Both the position numbers and the translations under genes were made by a program. The notes beneath the pieces are model-generated. The model did no database searches. It saw only the letters and a program-made list of their open reading frames with translations, and was not told the DNA's origin. Source: an uncultured Hyphomicrobiales bacterium (GTDB lineage: Bacteria > Pseudomonadota > Alphaproteobacteria > Rhizobiales > Xanthobacteraceae). From it: 64,000 nucleotides of DNA. The first letter of the stretch is position 1. Each line of letters begins with the position of its first letter. Shown piece by piece: positions 34,180 through 44,551 of the stretch. Location of the stretch: the NCBI GenBank assembly GCA_964620215.1, contig CAZUJE010000001.1:726-64725 (forward strand), read 5' to 3'.

Positions 34180-36972
34180 ATGGCTCAATCCAGCAGGCGC
34201 CGGCAAAAACCAGCTTCTTCGGAATTAATCAACGCGGAAAAAATCCGCGCTGGAATCGCCGCCGCCATTTCGCAATCGGGCGGCGAAGCGAATTTGCGCA
34301 TCGCGCTTGCGAGTCAGCTCAAGGCCGCGCTGCTCGAAGGCAGGAAGCGCGCGGAGAAGCATCTGATCGCGAGTGGCTCCGGGCGTGAATGCGCGGGCGG
34401 GCTTTCCGCGTTGATGGATGAGATTATCAGAATCGCGCATGAATTCACCGCGGGCGCGCTTTATAAATCGCAAAATCCTTCATCCAGCGAGCGTATGGCG
34501 ATTGTCGCCGTCGGCGGATATGGGCGCGGGTTGCTGGCGCCCGGTTCCGACATCGATCTTCTGTTTTTGCTTCCTTACAAGCAGACCGCCTGGGGCGAGA
34601 GTGTCGCCGAGGCGATCCTGTATGCGCTGTGGGACATGGGTCTGAAGGTCGGCCACGCCACGCGGTCAGTGGACGAATGCATCCGTCAGTCGCGTGCCGA
34701 CATCACGATCCGCACGACGATTCTGGAAGCAAGGCATCTTGTCGGTGACGAAAAACTTTTCGAGGAACTGATCAAACGCTTTGACAAGGAGATCGTGCAG
34801 GGCAGTGCCGCCGAATTCGTCACCGCGAAACTTGCGGAACGCGACGAGCGTCACCGGCGCGTCGGCCAGTCGCGTTATCTCGTCGAGCCGAACGTCAAGG
34901 AAGGCAAGGGCGGCCTGCGCGACCTGCACACGCTGTTCTGGATCGCCAAATATGTCTACCGCGTGAACTCCACCGCCGAGCTTGTGGAGAAGGGCGTTTT
35001 CACCGCGGCAGAGCTTTCGCTCTTCCGCCGCTGCGAGGACTTCCTCTGGGCGGTGAGATGCAATCTGCATTTTCTCACCGGCCGCGCGGAAGAGCGGCTC
35101 TCCTTCGACGTGCAGCGCGAGATGGCCGAACGGCTCGGCTACACCGAACATCCCGGTATGCAGGACGTCGAGCGATTTATGAAACATTACTTTCTGGTCG
35201 CGAAAGACGTCGGAGATCTCACGGGCATCATGTGCGCGGCGCTAGAGCAGCAGCAAGCCGCGCCGGTGCCGCGCCTCAGCCGCGTCGTCGCCACGCTCAC
35301 CCGCAAGAAAAGCTGGAAGATTAAAGGCCACGACGACTTCATCGTGAATTTCGACCGCCTGAATGTCGTGGATGAAGATGCGTTCGAGCGCGATCCGGTC
35401 AATCTGATCCGGCTGTTTCAGGTGGCCGACAGCCATAATCTCGAATTGCACCCGAATGTGCTGCATCTCGCCCGGCGCTCGCTGAAGCTGATCGACGCGG
35501 ATTTGCGTGAAGACAAGGAAGCAAATCGTTTGTTTCGCGAGATTCTGACGTCACGCAACACGCCGGAAATCGTGCTGCGGAAAATGAATGAGACAGGCGT
35601 GCTGGGGAAATTTGTTCCTGAATTCGGGCGCGTCGTCGCGATGATGCAGTTCAATCTCTATCACCACTATACGGTGGACGAGCATCTCCTGCGTTGCATC
35701 GGCGTGCTGTATGAAATCGAGCAAGGCACAAATCCGGAATACGGCCTCGCCAATGAGTTGATGTCCGGCATCAAAAACCGCGATCTGCTTTACATCGCGC
35801 TGTTCCTGCATGACATCGCGAAAGGCCGTCTCGAGGACCATTCGATTGCCGGCGCGCGCGTTGCGCGCAAGCTTTGCCCGCGCTTCGGGTTGAACGCCGC
35901 CGAAACCGAGACGGTTTCCTGGCTGGTGGAAAAACACCTCGTGATGTCCACGGTGGCGCAATCACGCGATATCAACGATCGCAAAACAATCGAATCGTTC
36001 GTCGCCGTCGTTCAAAGCCTTGAACGGCTAAAAATGCTTTTGATTTTGACGACTGCTGATATTCGCGCCGTTGGACCAGGCGTGTGGAACGGCTGGAAGG
36101 CGCAGTTGCTTCGCAGCCTTTATTACGAAACCGAGCCGGTGCTCACCGGCGGCTTCTCCGAAGTGAACCGCAGCAAGCGCGTGGAGATGGCGCAAGCGGA
36201 ATTCCGCGTAGCGATGAAGGATTGGGATCCGGCTAAGCTGGAGCGCTACATCGCGAAACATTATCCGCCCTACTGGTTGAAAGTGGATCTCGCGCGGAAA
36301 ATAGAACACGCGCGTTTCCTAAACGAATCGGAACGAGCAAGCCGTTCGCTTGCAACAGCCGCGCGGCCAGATCAGCAGCGCGGCGTCACCGAGCTCACTA
36401 TTCTCGCGCCCGACCATCCGCGCCTGCTTTCGATCATCGCCGGCGCGTGTGCGGTTGCGGGCGGCAATATCGTTGACGCGCAGATTTTTACGACCACCGA
36501 CGGCCTTGCGCTCGATACAATTTCCATTTCCCGCGAGTTCGACCGCGACGAAGACGAAGATCGCCGCGCCACGCGCATCGCCGAAGGTATCGAACGAACG
36601 CTGCGTGGCGAGGCGCAGTTACCGGAAGTGATTGCCCGCCGCGCGCCTAAACCGCGTCACGCGGCGTTTATGATCGAGCCGGAAGTCAATGTGAACAATG
36701 TCTGGTCGGATCGTCATACGGTGATTGAGGTGATCGGCCTCGACCGGCCGGGACTTTTGTTCAATCTCACCAACACGATTTCTCGCCTGAACCTGAACAT
36801 CGCCTCTGCCCATGTGGCGACCTTCGGCGAGCGTGTGATCGACGTCTTTTACGTCACCGACCTGACCGGCGCGAAGATCGTTTCGCCTCAGCGGCAGGCC
36901 GCGATCCGGCGGGCGTTGCTGGCGGCTTTCGAGCAGCCGGAGTCCGCGGACGGCTCCAAAAAGTCCGCTTAG
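34180..36972 (+). CDS. glnD: [protein-PII] uridylyltransferase/uridylyl-removing enzyme
   Basis: Nucleotidyltransferase block (AVGGYGRGLLAPGSDIDLLFL), an HD domain (LFLHDIAKG) and two C-terminal ACT domains. The ATG at 34180 is preferred over the upstream track start at 34111. Confidence 0.94.
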   Translation: MAQSSRRRQKPASSELINAEKIRAGIAAAISQSGGEANLRIALASQLKAALLEGRKRAEKHLIASGSGRECAGGLSALMDEIIRIAHEFTAGALYKSQNPSSSERMAIVAVGGYGRGLLAPGSDIDLLFLLPYKQTAWGESVAEAILYALWDMGLKVGHATRSVDECIRQSRADITIRTTILEARHLVGDEKLFEELIKRFDKEIVQGSAAEFVTAKLAERDERHRRVGQSRYLVEPNVKEGKGGLRDLHTLFWIAKYVYRVNSTAELVEKGVFTAAELSLFRRCEDFLWAVRCNLHFLTGRAEERLSFDVQREMAERLGYTEHPGMQDVERFMKHYFLVAKDVGDLTGIMCAALEQQQAAPVPRLSRVVATLTRKKSWKIKGHDDFIVNFDRLNVVDEDAFERDPVNLIRLFQVADSHNLELHPNVLHLARRSLKLIDADLREDKEANRLFREILTSRNTPEIVLRKMNETGVLGKFVPEFGRVVAMMQFNLYHHYTVDEHLLRCIGVLYEIEQGTNPEYGLANELMSGIKNRDLLYIALFLHDIAKGRLEDHSIAGARVARKLCPRFGLNAAETETVSWLVEKHLVMSTVAQSRDINDRKTIESFVAVVQSLERLKMLLILTTADIRAVGPGVWNGWKAQLLRSLYYETEPVLTGGFSEVNRSKRVEMAQAEFRVAMKDWDPAKLERYIAKHYPPYWLKVDLARKIEHARFLNESERASRSLATAARPDQQRGVTELTILAPDHPRLLSIIAGACAVAGGNIVDAQIFTTTDGLALDTISISREFDRDEDEDRRATRIAEGIERTLRGEAQLPEVIARRAPKPRHAAFMIEPEVNVNNVWSDRHTVIEVIGLDRPGLLFNLTNTISRLNLNIASAHVATFGERVIDVFYVTDLTGAKIVSPQRQAAIRRALLAAFEQPESADGSKKSA

Positions 36973-37057
36973 AGCCCAAGCCCGGGCTTAACCCCGCTTT
37001 AAATCCGCCGATTTAGGTTTCTTTAACCGCGAATACGCGGTGCGGGACGGGACCGAT

Positions 37058-39160
37058 ATGTTTTTCAGAAAGCGCAAAGCCGCACGCCGGGAGCCGGTGC
37101 TCGATACATTCGGCTCGTTGCTGAATGTGCGGGTGGACGCGCGCGACCGCGCCGGCGGCGCAGCCGTGTCCCGTTCTTACAATAGTGAACGCCCGCTCCG
37201 CCGCGACGCACCTCGTCCGGTCAAGCCACGAAAACAGAAACGCGGCCGGCTCGGCAGATTGATCTATTGGGGCATCGTGCTCGCGATCTGGTGCATGATC
37301 GCTGTAGCCGGATTGTTCGTCTGGCAGACCGTGCGTCTGCCGTCGTTGCAGTCGCTCGTGTTGCCGAAACGCCCGCCGACGATTTCAATTCTCGGCATGG
37401 ATGGGCATGTACTCGCCACCCGCGGCGATACCGGCGGCGTTTCGATTCCGGTAAAGGGGATGCCGCCTTATTTGCCTCAGGCATTCATCGCGATCGAGGA
37501 CCGCCGCTTCCGTTCGCATTTTGGTTTTGATCCGATCGGCATCATGCGCGCCGTATTGGTGAACCTGAAGGCGATGGCTCCGCGCGAAGGCGGCTCGACG
37601 CTCACGCAGCAGCTCGCAAAGAATCTTTTCCTGAATGAAAAGCGCACGCTCGCCCGCAAGCTCGACGAGCTGGTGCTCGCTTTGTGGCTTGAGGCTTCCT
37701 ATTCGAAGGATGAAATTCTCGAATTGTATCTGAACCGCGTTTATTTTGGCTCTGGCGCTTACGGCGTGGAGGCCGCTGCACAACGCTACTTCGGAAAATC
37801 CGCACGCATGGTGACGCTTGGCGAAGCAGCGGTTCTCGCAGGCCTCGTGAAAGCCCCATCCCGTCTCGCGCCCAACCGCAATCCTAAACTCGCGCGCGAG
37901 CGTGCGGAGCTTGTAATGGCCGCGATGGTGGATGCCGGTTTCATCACCAACGAGATGGTGAACATCACGCGCTCGCGTCCGCTTACCATTGTGAAATACG
38001 ACAATCTCGGCTCGACGGGCTACATCGCGGACCTGATTATGGATGAACTCGAAGAACTCGTCGGCCGTGCCGGTAAGGATATTACGGTTCAGACCACCAT
38101 CGATTCCGTTTTGCAGACGCAGGCCGAACGGGCGCTCGCGGATGAACTCGCTGCGAAAGGCGAAAAATACGGCGTGACGCAGGGCGCTGTTGTTTCGATG
38201 GACCCGGACGGCGCAATCCGCGCGCTGGTCGGCGGAAGAAATTATTACGACAGCCAGTTCAACCGCGCGATCAATGCGAAACGCCAGCCTGGTTCGGCCT
38301 TCAAGCCGTTCGTCTATCTGACGGCGCTGGAGCGCGGGCTGACACCCGAAACAGTGCGCGAAGACGCGCCGATCAACATCAGAGGCTGGAAGCCTGAAAA
38401 CTACACCAAGGAATATCGCGGACCGGTTACGCTCACGACTGCGCTTTCGCATTCCTTGAATACGGTATCCGTCCGCCTCGGACTCGAAGTTGGCCCGAAT
38501 GCCGTCATCAAGACCGCGCACCGGCTCGGAATTTCCTCGAAGCTCACATCGAACGCTTCCATCGCGCTCGGCACGTCGGAAGTCTCGCTGCTTGAACTCG
38601 TCTCGGCCTACGCGCCCTTTGCTAACGGGGGCATTGGCATTGTTCCGCGAGTCGTGGAGCAGGTGAAAGGTGCCGACGGCTCGATCCTGTTCGCGCGCTC
38701 CGCGTCAGGCGGGCCGGGCAGCGTGGTGGCGCCGCCGCATCTCACCATGATGAACCGGATGCTGGAAGAAACACTGCTCACCGGAACCGCCCAACGCGCA
38801 AAAATTCCCGGTTGGCCAGCCGCCGGAAAAACCGGGACCAGCCAGGATTTTCGTGATGCCTGGTTCATTGGTTATACCGGACGTCTCGTTACCGGCGTGT
38901 GGCTCGGCAACGACGATAATTCTCCGACCAAGCGCGCTTCAGGTTCCAGCATTCCGGTGGACATCTGGAACAAGTTGATGCGCGCGGCGCACGAGAATGT
39001 GCCGCCGATAGCATTGCCCGGAACGGATGAGCGCGGCTACGGACGAATGCCGGTTCCGCAAACTCCGGTCATCGATGCCCCTGTTTCGTCCGGCCCGGCG
39101 CCAAGCCGGAACGATTCCTCGATGGATGGCTGGCTGCTTGATCGCTTGCTCGGCCGCTAG
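37058..39160 (+). CDS. bifunctional class A penicillin-binding protein (glycosyltransferase GT51 + transpeptidase)
   Basis: GT51 motif IAIEDRRFRSHFGFD, transpeptidase SXXK in QPGSAFKPF, and KTGTS. The ATG at 37058 is preferred over the GTG at 37040. Confidence 0.9.
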   Translation: MFFRKRKAARREPVLDTFGSLLNVRVDARDRAGGAAVSRSYNSERPLRRDAPRPVKPRKQKRGRLGRLIYWGIVLAIWCMIAVAGLFVWQTVRLPSLQSLVLPKRPPTISILGMDGHVLATRGDTGGVSIPVKGMPPYLPQAFIAIEDRRFRSHFGFDPIGIMRAVLVNLKAMAPREGGSTLTQQLAKNLFLNEKRTLARKLDELVLALWLEASYSKDEILELYLNRVYFGSGAYGVEAAAQRYFGKSARMVTLGEAAVLAGLVKAPSRLAPNRNPKLARERAELVMAAMVDAGFITNEMVNITRSRPLTIVKYDNLGSTGYIADLIMDELEELVGRAGKDITVQTTIDSVLQTQAERALADELAAKGEKYGVTQGAVVSMDPDGAIRALVGGRNYYDSQFNRAINAKRQPGSAFKPFVYLTALERGLTPETVREDAPINIRGWKPENYTKEYRGPVTLTTALSHSLNTVSVRLGLEVGPNAVIKTAHRLGISSKLTSNASIALGTSEVSLLELVSAYAPFANGGIGIVPRVVEQVKGADGSILFARSASGGPGSVVAPPHLTMMNRMLEETLLTGTAQRAKIPGWPAAGKTGTSQDFRDAWFIGYTGRLVTGVWLGNDDNSPTKRASGSSIPVDIWNKLMRAAHENVPPIALPGTDERGYGRMPVPQTPVIDAPVSSGPAPSRNDSSMDGWLLDRLLGR

Positions 39161-39933
39161 TTCGTTTCCTTCGCGCCGTAGCGATGCAATGAATTGCCAT
39201 GCGCCTTGAGCCACGCTTCCGCGCGGCGGCGCTCGCCTGTCAGTTCATCCACCACGCGCCAGAACCGGGCTGAGTGATTGAGTTCGCGCCGGTGCGCGAC
39301 TTCGTGGGCCGCCAGATAATCCAATACAAAGGACGGCGCCATGATGAGCCGCCAGGAATAACTCAGCGAGCCGTCATAGGAACAAGAACCCCACCGGCTC
39401 GTGCTGTCGCGCAAGCCCACGCGGTCGATTTCAACGCCGAGTTTCCGCGCGTGCAGGCGGGTGGCTGAAAGCAAATCCTGCCTTGCCTCGCGCTTCAGAA
39501 AGTCCCGCACGCGCCGGGAAATATGCGCGGCTTGTCCCGCGACACAAAGAAGTGAAACGCCATCGCCGGAAATTTCCGGCCAGACCGTGCCGCGCGATTT
39601 CGGGCGATGCTCGATGCGGTGCAGGATGCCGCGAAAGGGAATCGTTTCCCCGTCCGCAAAAGGAACCGGCTCCGGAATTTTCTTCAGCTTTGTTGCGATC
39701 CAGTTTGCGTTGCGTTCGGCAAAAGCATGCGCTTCACGCAGGCTGCCTCGGGGTGGAATCGTCAGCACAATATCCCGGCGAGCTTCGCGCACGCGCAAGG
39801 TGTAGCGCCGCGCCCGCGGGTGGCGCTGCACGAGAATTTCATAGGCCTCGTTCGCGCAGGAGATGACGAGCCGTTTTGGCTCCTTCGAGACGGGAGCGGA
39901 CTTTAGGAAACTCGGAAAGAAAAGCTGCATCAT
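39157..39933 (-). CDS. YgjP-like (DUF45) M48-type metal-dependent hydrolase
   Basis: 258-aa ORF with RWGSC and the zinc motif LAHEVAHRRELNHSARFW. Confidence 0.8.
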   Translation of the reverse strand: MMQLFFPSFLKSAPVSKEPKRLVISCANEAYEILVQRHPRARRYTLRVREARRDIVLTIPPRGSLREAHAFAERNANWIATKLKKIPEPVPFADGETIPFRGILHRIEHRPKSRGTVWPEISGDGVSLLCVAGQAAHISRRVRDFLKREARQDLLSATRLHARKLGVEIDRVGLRDSTSRWGSCSYDGSLSYSWRLIMAPSFVLDYLAAHEVAHRRELNHSARFWRVVDELTGERRRAEAWLKAHGNSLHRYGAKETN

Positions 39934-40002
39934 CGGGCCGCAAATCCGAATCGAATCATCTCAGGCAATTCGATTTAGGCGGATGTTGCAAGTAGCAGCC
40001 GT

Positions 40003-41337
40003 TTATTCCGCAGCCGCCCGTCTCGGTGTCTTGGCTGCTTTCGGCTCATGCGAGCGGATGAAATCCGCGATGCGCGGCGCGATTTCAGAGCGGAATCGGG
40101 AGCCGTTGAACACGCCGTAATGGCCAACATCAAGCTGAAGATAGTGCACCTTCATGTCGGCAGGCAGTCCTGAGCAAAGTTGATGAGTGGCCTCGGTCTG
40201 GCCGCGGCCGGAAATATCGTCGTGCTCGCCTTCAATGGTCAGAAGTGCGGTGCGGCGGATTTTTGAAGGATCGACCGGCTTGCCGCGATGGGTCATCGTG
40301 CCGTTCGGCAGATCGTGGCGGATGAATACTGTTTCCACCGTCTGCAAATAGAATTCCGCGGTGAGATCCATCACAGCGAGATATTCATCGTAAAACTCGC
40401 GGTGTTTTTGCGCGCCGTCACCGTCGCCCTTCACGAGGTGCTGGAAGAAATCCTTATGCGCATCGAGGTGCTTTTCAAGATTCATGCTAACGAAGCCGGT
40501 GAGCTGCAAGAAGCCCGGATAAACTTCGCGCATGAAGCCCGGATGCGGGAATGGCACCTTCGCGATCACGTGACTGCGAAACCAGTCGATGCCGCGATCT
40601 TCGGCGAGCTTGTTCACACCCGTCGGATTGATGCGCGTATCGATGGGCCCGCCCATCAGGATCATCGAGTGCGGCGTATAGGGATCATCTTCCGCTTCCA
40701 TGCGAGAAACCGCCGCAAGCACCGGCACGGAGGGCTGGCAGACGCCGATCACATGGCAGTCGCCTCCGAGGCGATGCAACATGCTGATGACGTAATCGAT
40801 ATAATCGTCGAGATCGAAACGTCCTTGCGAAATGGGCACCATACGCGCGTCGGACCAGTCGGTGATGTAAACATCATGGCGCGGCAAAAACGCTTCGACC
40901 GTACCGCGCAACAATGTCGCGTAGTGACCGGACATCGGCGCGACGATCAGAATCTTCGGCTGTTTGTATTTAGGCGGATGTTCGAAATGCCGCTCGAAAT
41001 GCAGCAGCTTGCAGAACGGCCGCTCCCATACGGTCGAGATACGAACCGGCACGCGCTCGCCGCCGACAAGCGTCGAAATGATTTCCCATTCGGGTTTTCC
41101 GTAGCGGCGGATCGAGCGCTCATAGACTTCCGCGCCGGCAGCGATCGATTTGCCGAAGGTGGTATGCGCGAAAGGATTAAGGGGGTTCTTGAAATAGAGC
41201 CGCGTGGCATCGGCCATCGCGCGCGATGGATCAAGCGCGGCGTGTCCCCACTCATACATCCAGTAGAGCGGCGTCGTGCTGAGCGGTTGGCCTTCGGCTG
41301 AGAAGCCTGGAGCGCCGCCGAATACACCAATGGCCAT
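40003..41337 (-). CDS. phaZ: intracellular polyhydroxyalkanoate depolymerase
   Basis: The N-terminal region YEWGHAALDP...FKNPLNPF...YGKPEWEI...RPFCKLLHFER resembles the intracellular PhaZ family. The start is 41337 (ATG) or 41409. Confidence 0.82.
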   Translation of the reverse strand: MAIGVFGGAPGFSAEGQPLSTTPLYWMYEWGHAALDPSRAMADATRLYFKNPLNPFAHTTFGKSIAAGAEVYERSIRRYGKPEWEIISTLVGGERVPVRISTVWERPFCKLLHFERHFEHPPKYKQPKILIVAPMSGHYATLLRGTVEAFLPRHDVYITDWSDARMVPISQGRFDLDDYIDYVISMLHRLGGDCHVIGVCQPSVPVLAAVSRMEAEDDPYTPHSMILMGGPIDTRINPTGVNKLAEDRGIDWFRSHVIAKVPFPHPGFMREVYPGFLQLTGFVSMNLEKHLDAHKDFFQHLVKGDGDGAQKHREFYDEYLAVMDLTAEFYLQTVETVFIRHDLPNGTMTHRGKPVDPSKIRRTALLTIEGEHDDISGRGQTEATHQLCSGLPADMKVHYLQLDVGHYGVFNGSRFRSEIAPRIADFIRSHEPKAAKTPRRAAAE

Positions 41338-41449
41338 GCTTTGAGTTCCCGGCCCCCGCCAAAACCCGCCTGTTGCAATGCAACATAGGGATTCCCGCAT
41401 GCGAGTCAATGTAACCGGGAAGCTGTGAAGATCGGGTTAGGCGGCGGCT

Positions 41450-42262
41450 TTACTCGCCGATCTGGAGAAAGGAACCCGCCTTGCGAGCTGCGCCGAGCAA
41501 CCAGGCAAGGCTGATGGCTCCGACGGCGATCCAGATCGCGTTCAGCCCGAGCGCCCACAGCATCAGATCGAGCCGGAACTGTTGATCGATGACAAGCGCC
41601 CGCATTCCTTCAAACACAGCGGTGGGTGGCAGCGCCCAAGCAACCGGCTGCAACCACACTGGCAAAGTACTCACAGGATAATAAACGCAGGCTAGCGGCA
41701 GCAGGATGAACATCAGGCTCCAGGCAAGGCCTTCCGCGCCGAGTCCGTTTCTCAAAACAAGACCCGAGCAGAACATGCCGACGGCCCAGCTCGTCAGCAG
41801 CAAATTCGCGAAGAAGGCAGCGAGCGCGAAGCCAAGACCCCAGAAATTATAGCCGAAGAAAAAAATCGCCATGATCGTGACGGGGATAAGTCCCACCGAC
41901 AGCCGCACAATGCTCATCACCATCAGCGCAATCACGAACTCGATCGGCCGCAGCGGGCTGATCATCAGGTTCGGCATATTGCGCGACCACATTTCTTCGA
42001 GGAAAGACATCGTGTAGCCGAGCTGGCCGCGAAACAGGATGTCCCAGAGAAGAAACGCTGCAAGAAACGTACTGACCGTCGAAGCCAGAGCGCCGGATTT
42101 TGACGCGACGCCGATTTGCAGGAAGCCCCACATCACCATTTGCACGGCGGGCCAATAGATCAATTCGAGCAATCGCGGCCAGGACGAGCGCAATAGATAC
42201 CAGTGGCGCAGCACAATGGCGCCGATGCGTTGTGGGGAAAATGCGACAGTCGCCGTACTCAC
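41450..42262 (-). CDS. ABC-2 type exporter permease
   Basis: 270-aa ORF with six predicted TM segments, overlapping the upstream ATPase gene by 4 nt. Confidence 0.85.
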   Translation of the reverse strand: MSTATVAFSPQRIGAIVLRHWYLLRSSWPRLLELIYWPAVQMVMWGFLQIGVASKSGALASTVSTFLAAFLLWDILFRGQLGYTMSFLEEMWSRNMPNLMISPLRPIEFVIALMVMSIVRLSVGLIPVTIMAIFFFGYNFWGLGFALAAFFANLLLTSWAVGMFCSGLVLRNGLGAEGLAWSLMFILLPLACVYYPVSTLPVWLQPVAWALPPTAVFEGMRALVIDQQFRLDLMLWALGLNAIWIAVGAISLAWLLGAARKAGSFLQIGE

Positions 42263-43059
42263 GACGCGATTTCCTTTTCAGGCAGCGGCTCGCGCCGCCC
42301 GCGTGCCACGTCGAGGAAAACTTCTTCCAGATTTTGCCGCCCGTAACGCGCGAGCAGTTGATCGGGCGAGCCGTCGTCCACGATCTGCCCGCGCTTCATC
42401 ATGATGACGCGGTCGCAGAGACGCTCCACTTCGCCCATATTGTGCGAAGCGAGCAGGATGGTCGCGTTCTTCCTCGCGCGGTAACGCTCAAGATGCCCGC
42501 GGATCCAGTCGGCGGTGTCGGGATCGAGCGAAGCAGTCGGCTCGTCGAGAACGAGCAGATCGGGATCGTTGATCAGGGATTTTGCAAGAGCAACGCGCGT
42601 TTTCTGCCCGGCGGACAATTTGCCTGCGGGCCTGTCAATAAATTCATTCAGGTCGAGATCGGAAGCAAGTTGCGCGATCTGCGCGTTAATGTCCGGCACG
42701 CTGTAGAGCAACCCGAATACTTTCAGATTTTGCCGGACGGTGAGCCGATGCGGGAGATCGACATACGGGCTCTCAAAATTCATCCGGTGGAGAACGCGGT
42801 ACGGCTCTTTCGCCATGTTTGCGCCAAACACCTTCACGTTGCCGCTGGTCGGCGTGACCAGGCTCATGACCATTCCGATGGTGGTGGTCTTGCCGGCGCC
42901 ATTGCCGCCGAGCAGGCCCGTGATCGAGCCTGCGGGTATCGAAAAATCGATTTTATCAACGGCGACCGTTTCGCCGTATTTCTTGCAGAGTTGTTCGCCC
43001 TGAATGGTTGGGATCGTCATTTTTTCTTGCATTAGAGGTTTGCTCGGCACTCCGCTCAC
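42259..43059 (-). CDS. ABC transporter ATP-binding protein
   Basis: Walker A GGNGAGKTT, signature LSAGQK, Walker B LLVLDEPT. The start is uncertain (GTG 43059 or ATG 43032). Confidence 0.9.
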   Translation of the reverse strand: MSGVPSKPLMQEKMTIPTIQGEQLCKKYGETVAVDKIDFSIPAGSITGLLGGNGAGKTTTIGMVMSLVTPTSGNVKVFGANMAKEPYRVLHRMNFESPYVDLPHRLTVRQNLKVFGLLYSVPDINAQIAQLASDLDLNEFIDRPAGKLSAGQKTRVALAKSLINDPDLLVLDEPTASLDPDTADWIRGHLERYRARKNATILLASHNMGEVERLCDRVIMMKRGQIVDDGSPDQLLARYGRQNLEEVFLDVARGRREPLPEKEIAS

Positions 43060-43134
43060 GTAATGTGCGGGAAAGTACTAAGATAAGAAATGTGGCGGTT
43101 CTGTCTTCGGGCGCGTCAATATCGGATTTGAAGC

Positions 43135-44484
43135 ATGGCTGGAATTCCCAATCAGTTGATCGGACCGCGTCCTTACGGGATCAGGCTGGATACACTGGTC
43201 CGCCTTCGCTGGCTCGCGGTGGCGGGTCAGGCGATTGCGCTTGTGATTGTGTATTGGGGATTTGGGTTCTCGCTGCCGATCTGGCCGGCGCTGGCGATTG
43301 TCGCGGTGACTGCGGCCACCAATCTGGCGCTTCGTCTCCGCAAGCCGCGCGTGCAGCGGGTCGAGGACCGCGAAGCGGGCGTGATCCTGGGCTTCGACAT
43401 CATCCAGCTTGCGTTGCTTCTTTATCTGACCGGCGGGCTTGGCAATCCGTTCAGCGAATTGTTCCTGGCGCCTGTGCTGATTTCCGCGACCGCGCTGAAG
43501 CCCCGCACGACGCTGACGCTTGGTATTCTTGTTGTCATCCTCGCGACCATTATCTCCAACATCCATCACCCGCTGCCGTGGTCGGCGAATTCCGTTTTCA
43601 TGCCGCCGAAACTTTTCATCGTCGGCATGTGGGCGTCGGTGCTGGTGTCGGTTGCCTTCATCGGCGGCTATGCATGGGCGGTGGCCAAGGAAACGCGCCA
43701 GCTTTCGGATGCGCTGGCGGAAACCGAACTCGTGCTCGCGCGCGAACAGCACCTGACCGCGCTTGACGGTCTGGCGGCGGCTGCCGCGCACGAGCTGGGC
43801 ACGCCGCTCGCAACAATCGCCATCGTCGCGCGCGAGATGGAGCGCGATCTGCCAACGGACTCGCCCCATATCGGTGATGTAAAACTGCTGCGTGAACAGA
43901 GCGAACGCTGCCGCGCGATTCTGCGCACGCTGACATCCTTGGATTCAGGTGACGCGCCGTTCGACCGGATGCCGCTGACGCATCTATTGGACGAAGTGGT
44001 CTCACCGCACCGCCCGTTCGGAATCGAAATCGATGTCGAAACGCCGGACGGAAAAACAGGAGAGCCGGTGATCGCGCGCAATCCTGCGATTCTTTATGGA
44101 CTCGGCAATCTCGTGGAGAACGCGGTCGATTACGCACGCGAGCGGGTGAATGTTGTCGCCCAATGGAGCAAGAACGAAGTCAGCGTTCAGGTAATTGATG
44201 ATGGTCCGGGCTTCGCGCCTGAAGTCATCAACCGCATCGGTGAGCCGTATGTAACCAATCGCGCGCGCCGCACGGGAGAAGAAGACACGCCGGGCGGTCT
44301 GGGACTCGGCTTCTTCATTGCGAAGACTTTGCTGGAGCGCACCGGCGCGCTCTTGTCTCTGGAAAATCGCATTTACCCTCATACCGGAGCGATGGTGCGG
44401 GTGCGCTGGTCACGCGAGGCTTTCGAGCATAATCTCAGCCGCGAAAGCACCGGAATGACGGATAAATCCGCCGAAATGGGCTGA
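43135..44484 (+). CDS. regB: redox-responsive sensor histidine kinase (RegB/PrrB/ActS family)
   Basis: 449-aa ORF with a multi-TM N-terminus, the H-box AAAHELGTPL and an ATPase domain (GLGLGFFIAKTLLER). It lies upstream of regA. Confidence 0.9.
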   Translation: MAGIPNQLIGPRPYGIRLDTLVRLRWLAVAGQAIALVIVYWGFGFSLPIWPALAIVAVTAATNLALRLRKPRVQRVEDREAGVILGFDIIQLALLLYLTGGLGNPFSELFLAPVLISATALKPRTTLTLGILVVILATIISNIHHPLPWSANSVFMPPKLFIVGMWASVLVSVAFIGGYAWAVAKETRQLSDALAETELVLAREQHLTALDGLAAAAAHELGTPLATIAIVAREMERDLPTDSPHIGDVKLLREQSERCRAILRTLTSLDSGDAPFDRMPLTHLLDEVVSPHRPFGIEIDVETPDGKTGEPVIARNPAILYGLGNLVENAVDYARERVNVVAQWSKNEVSVQVIDDGPGFAPEVINRIGEPYVTNRARRTGEEDTPGGLGLGFFIAKTLLERTGALLSLENRIYPHTGAMVRVRWSREAFEHNLSRESTGMTDKSAEMG

Positions 44485-44551
44485 CTGCGGCCTTGCCACC
44501 GGCAAGCCGGAGAACTAAATGCAGCCCGGCTGATAAACACATTTAATTATC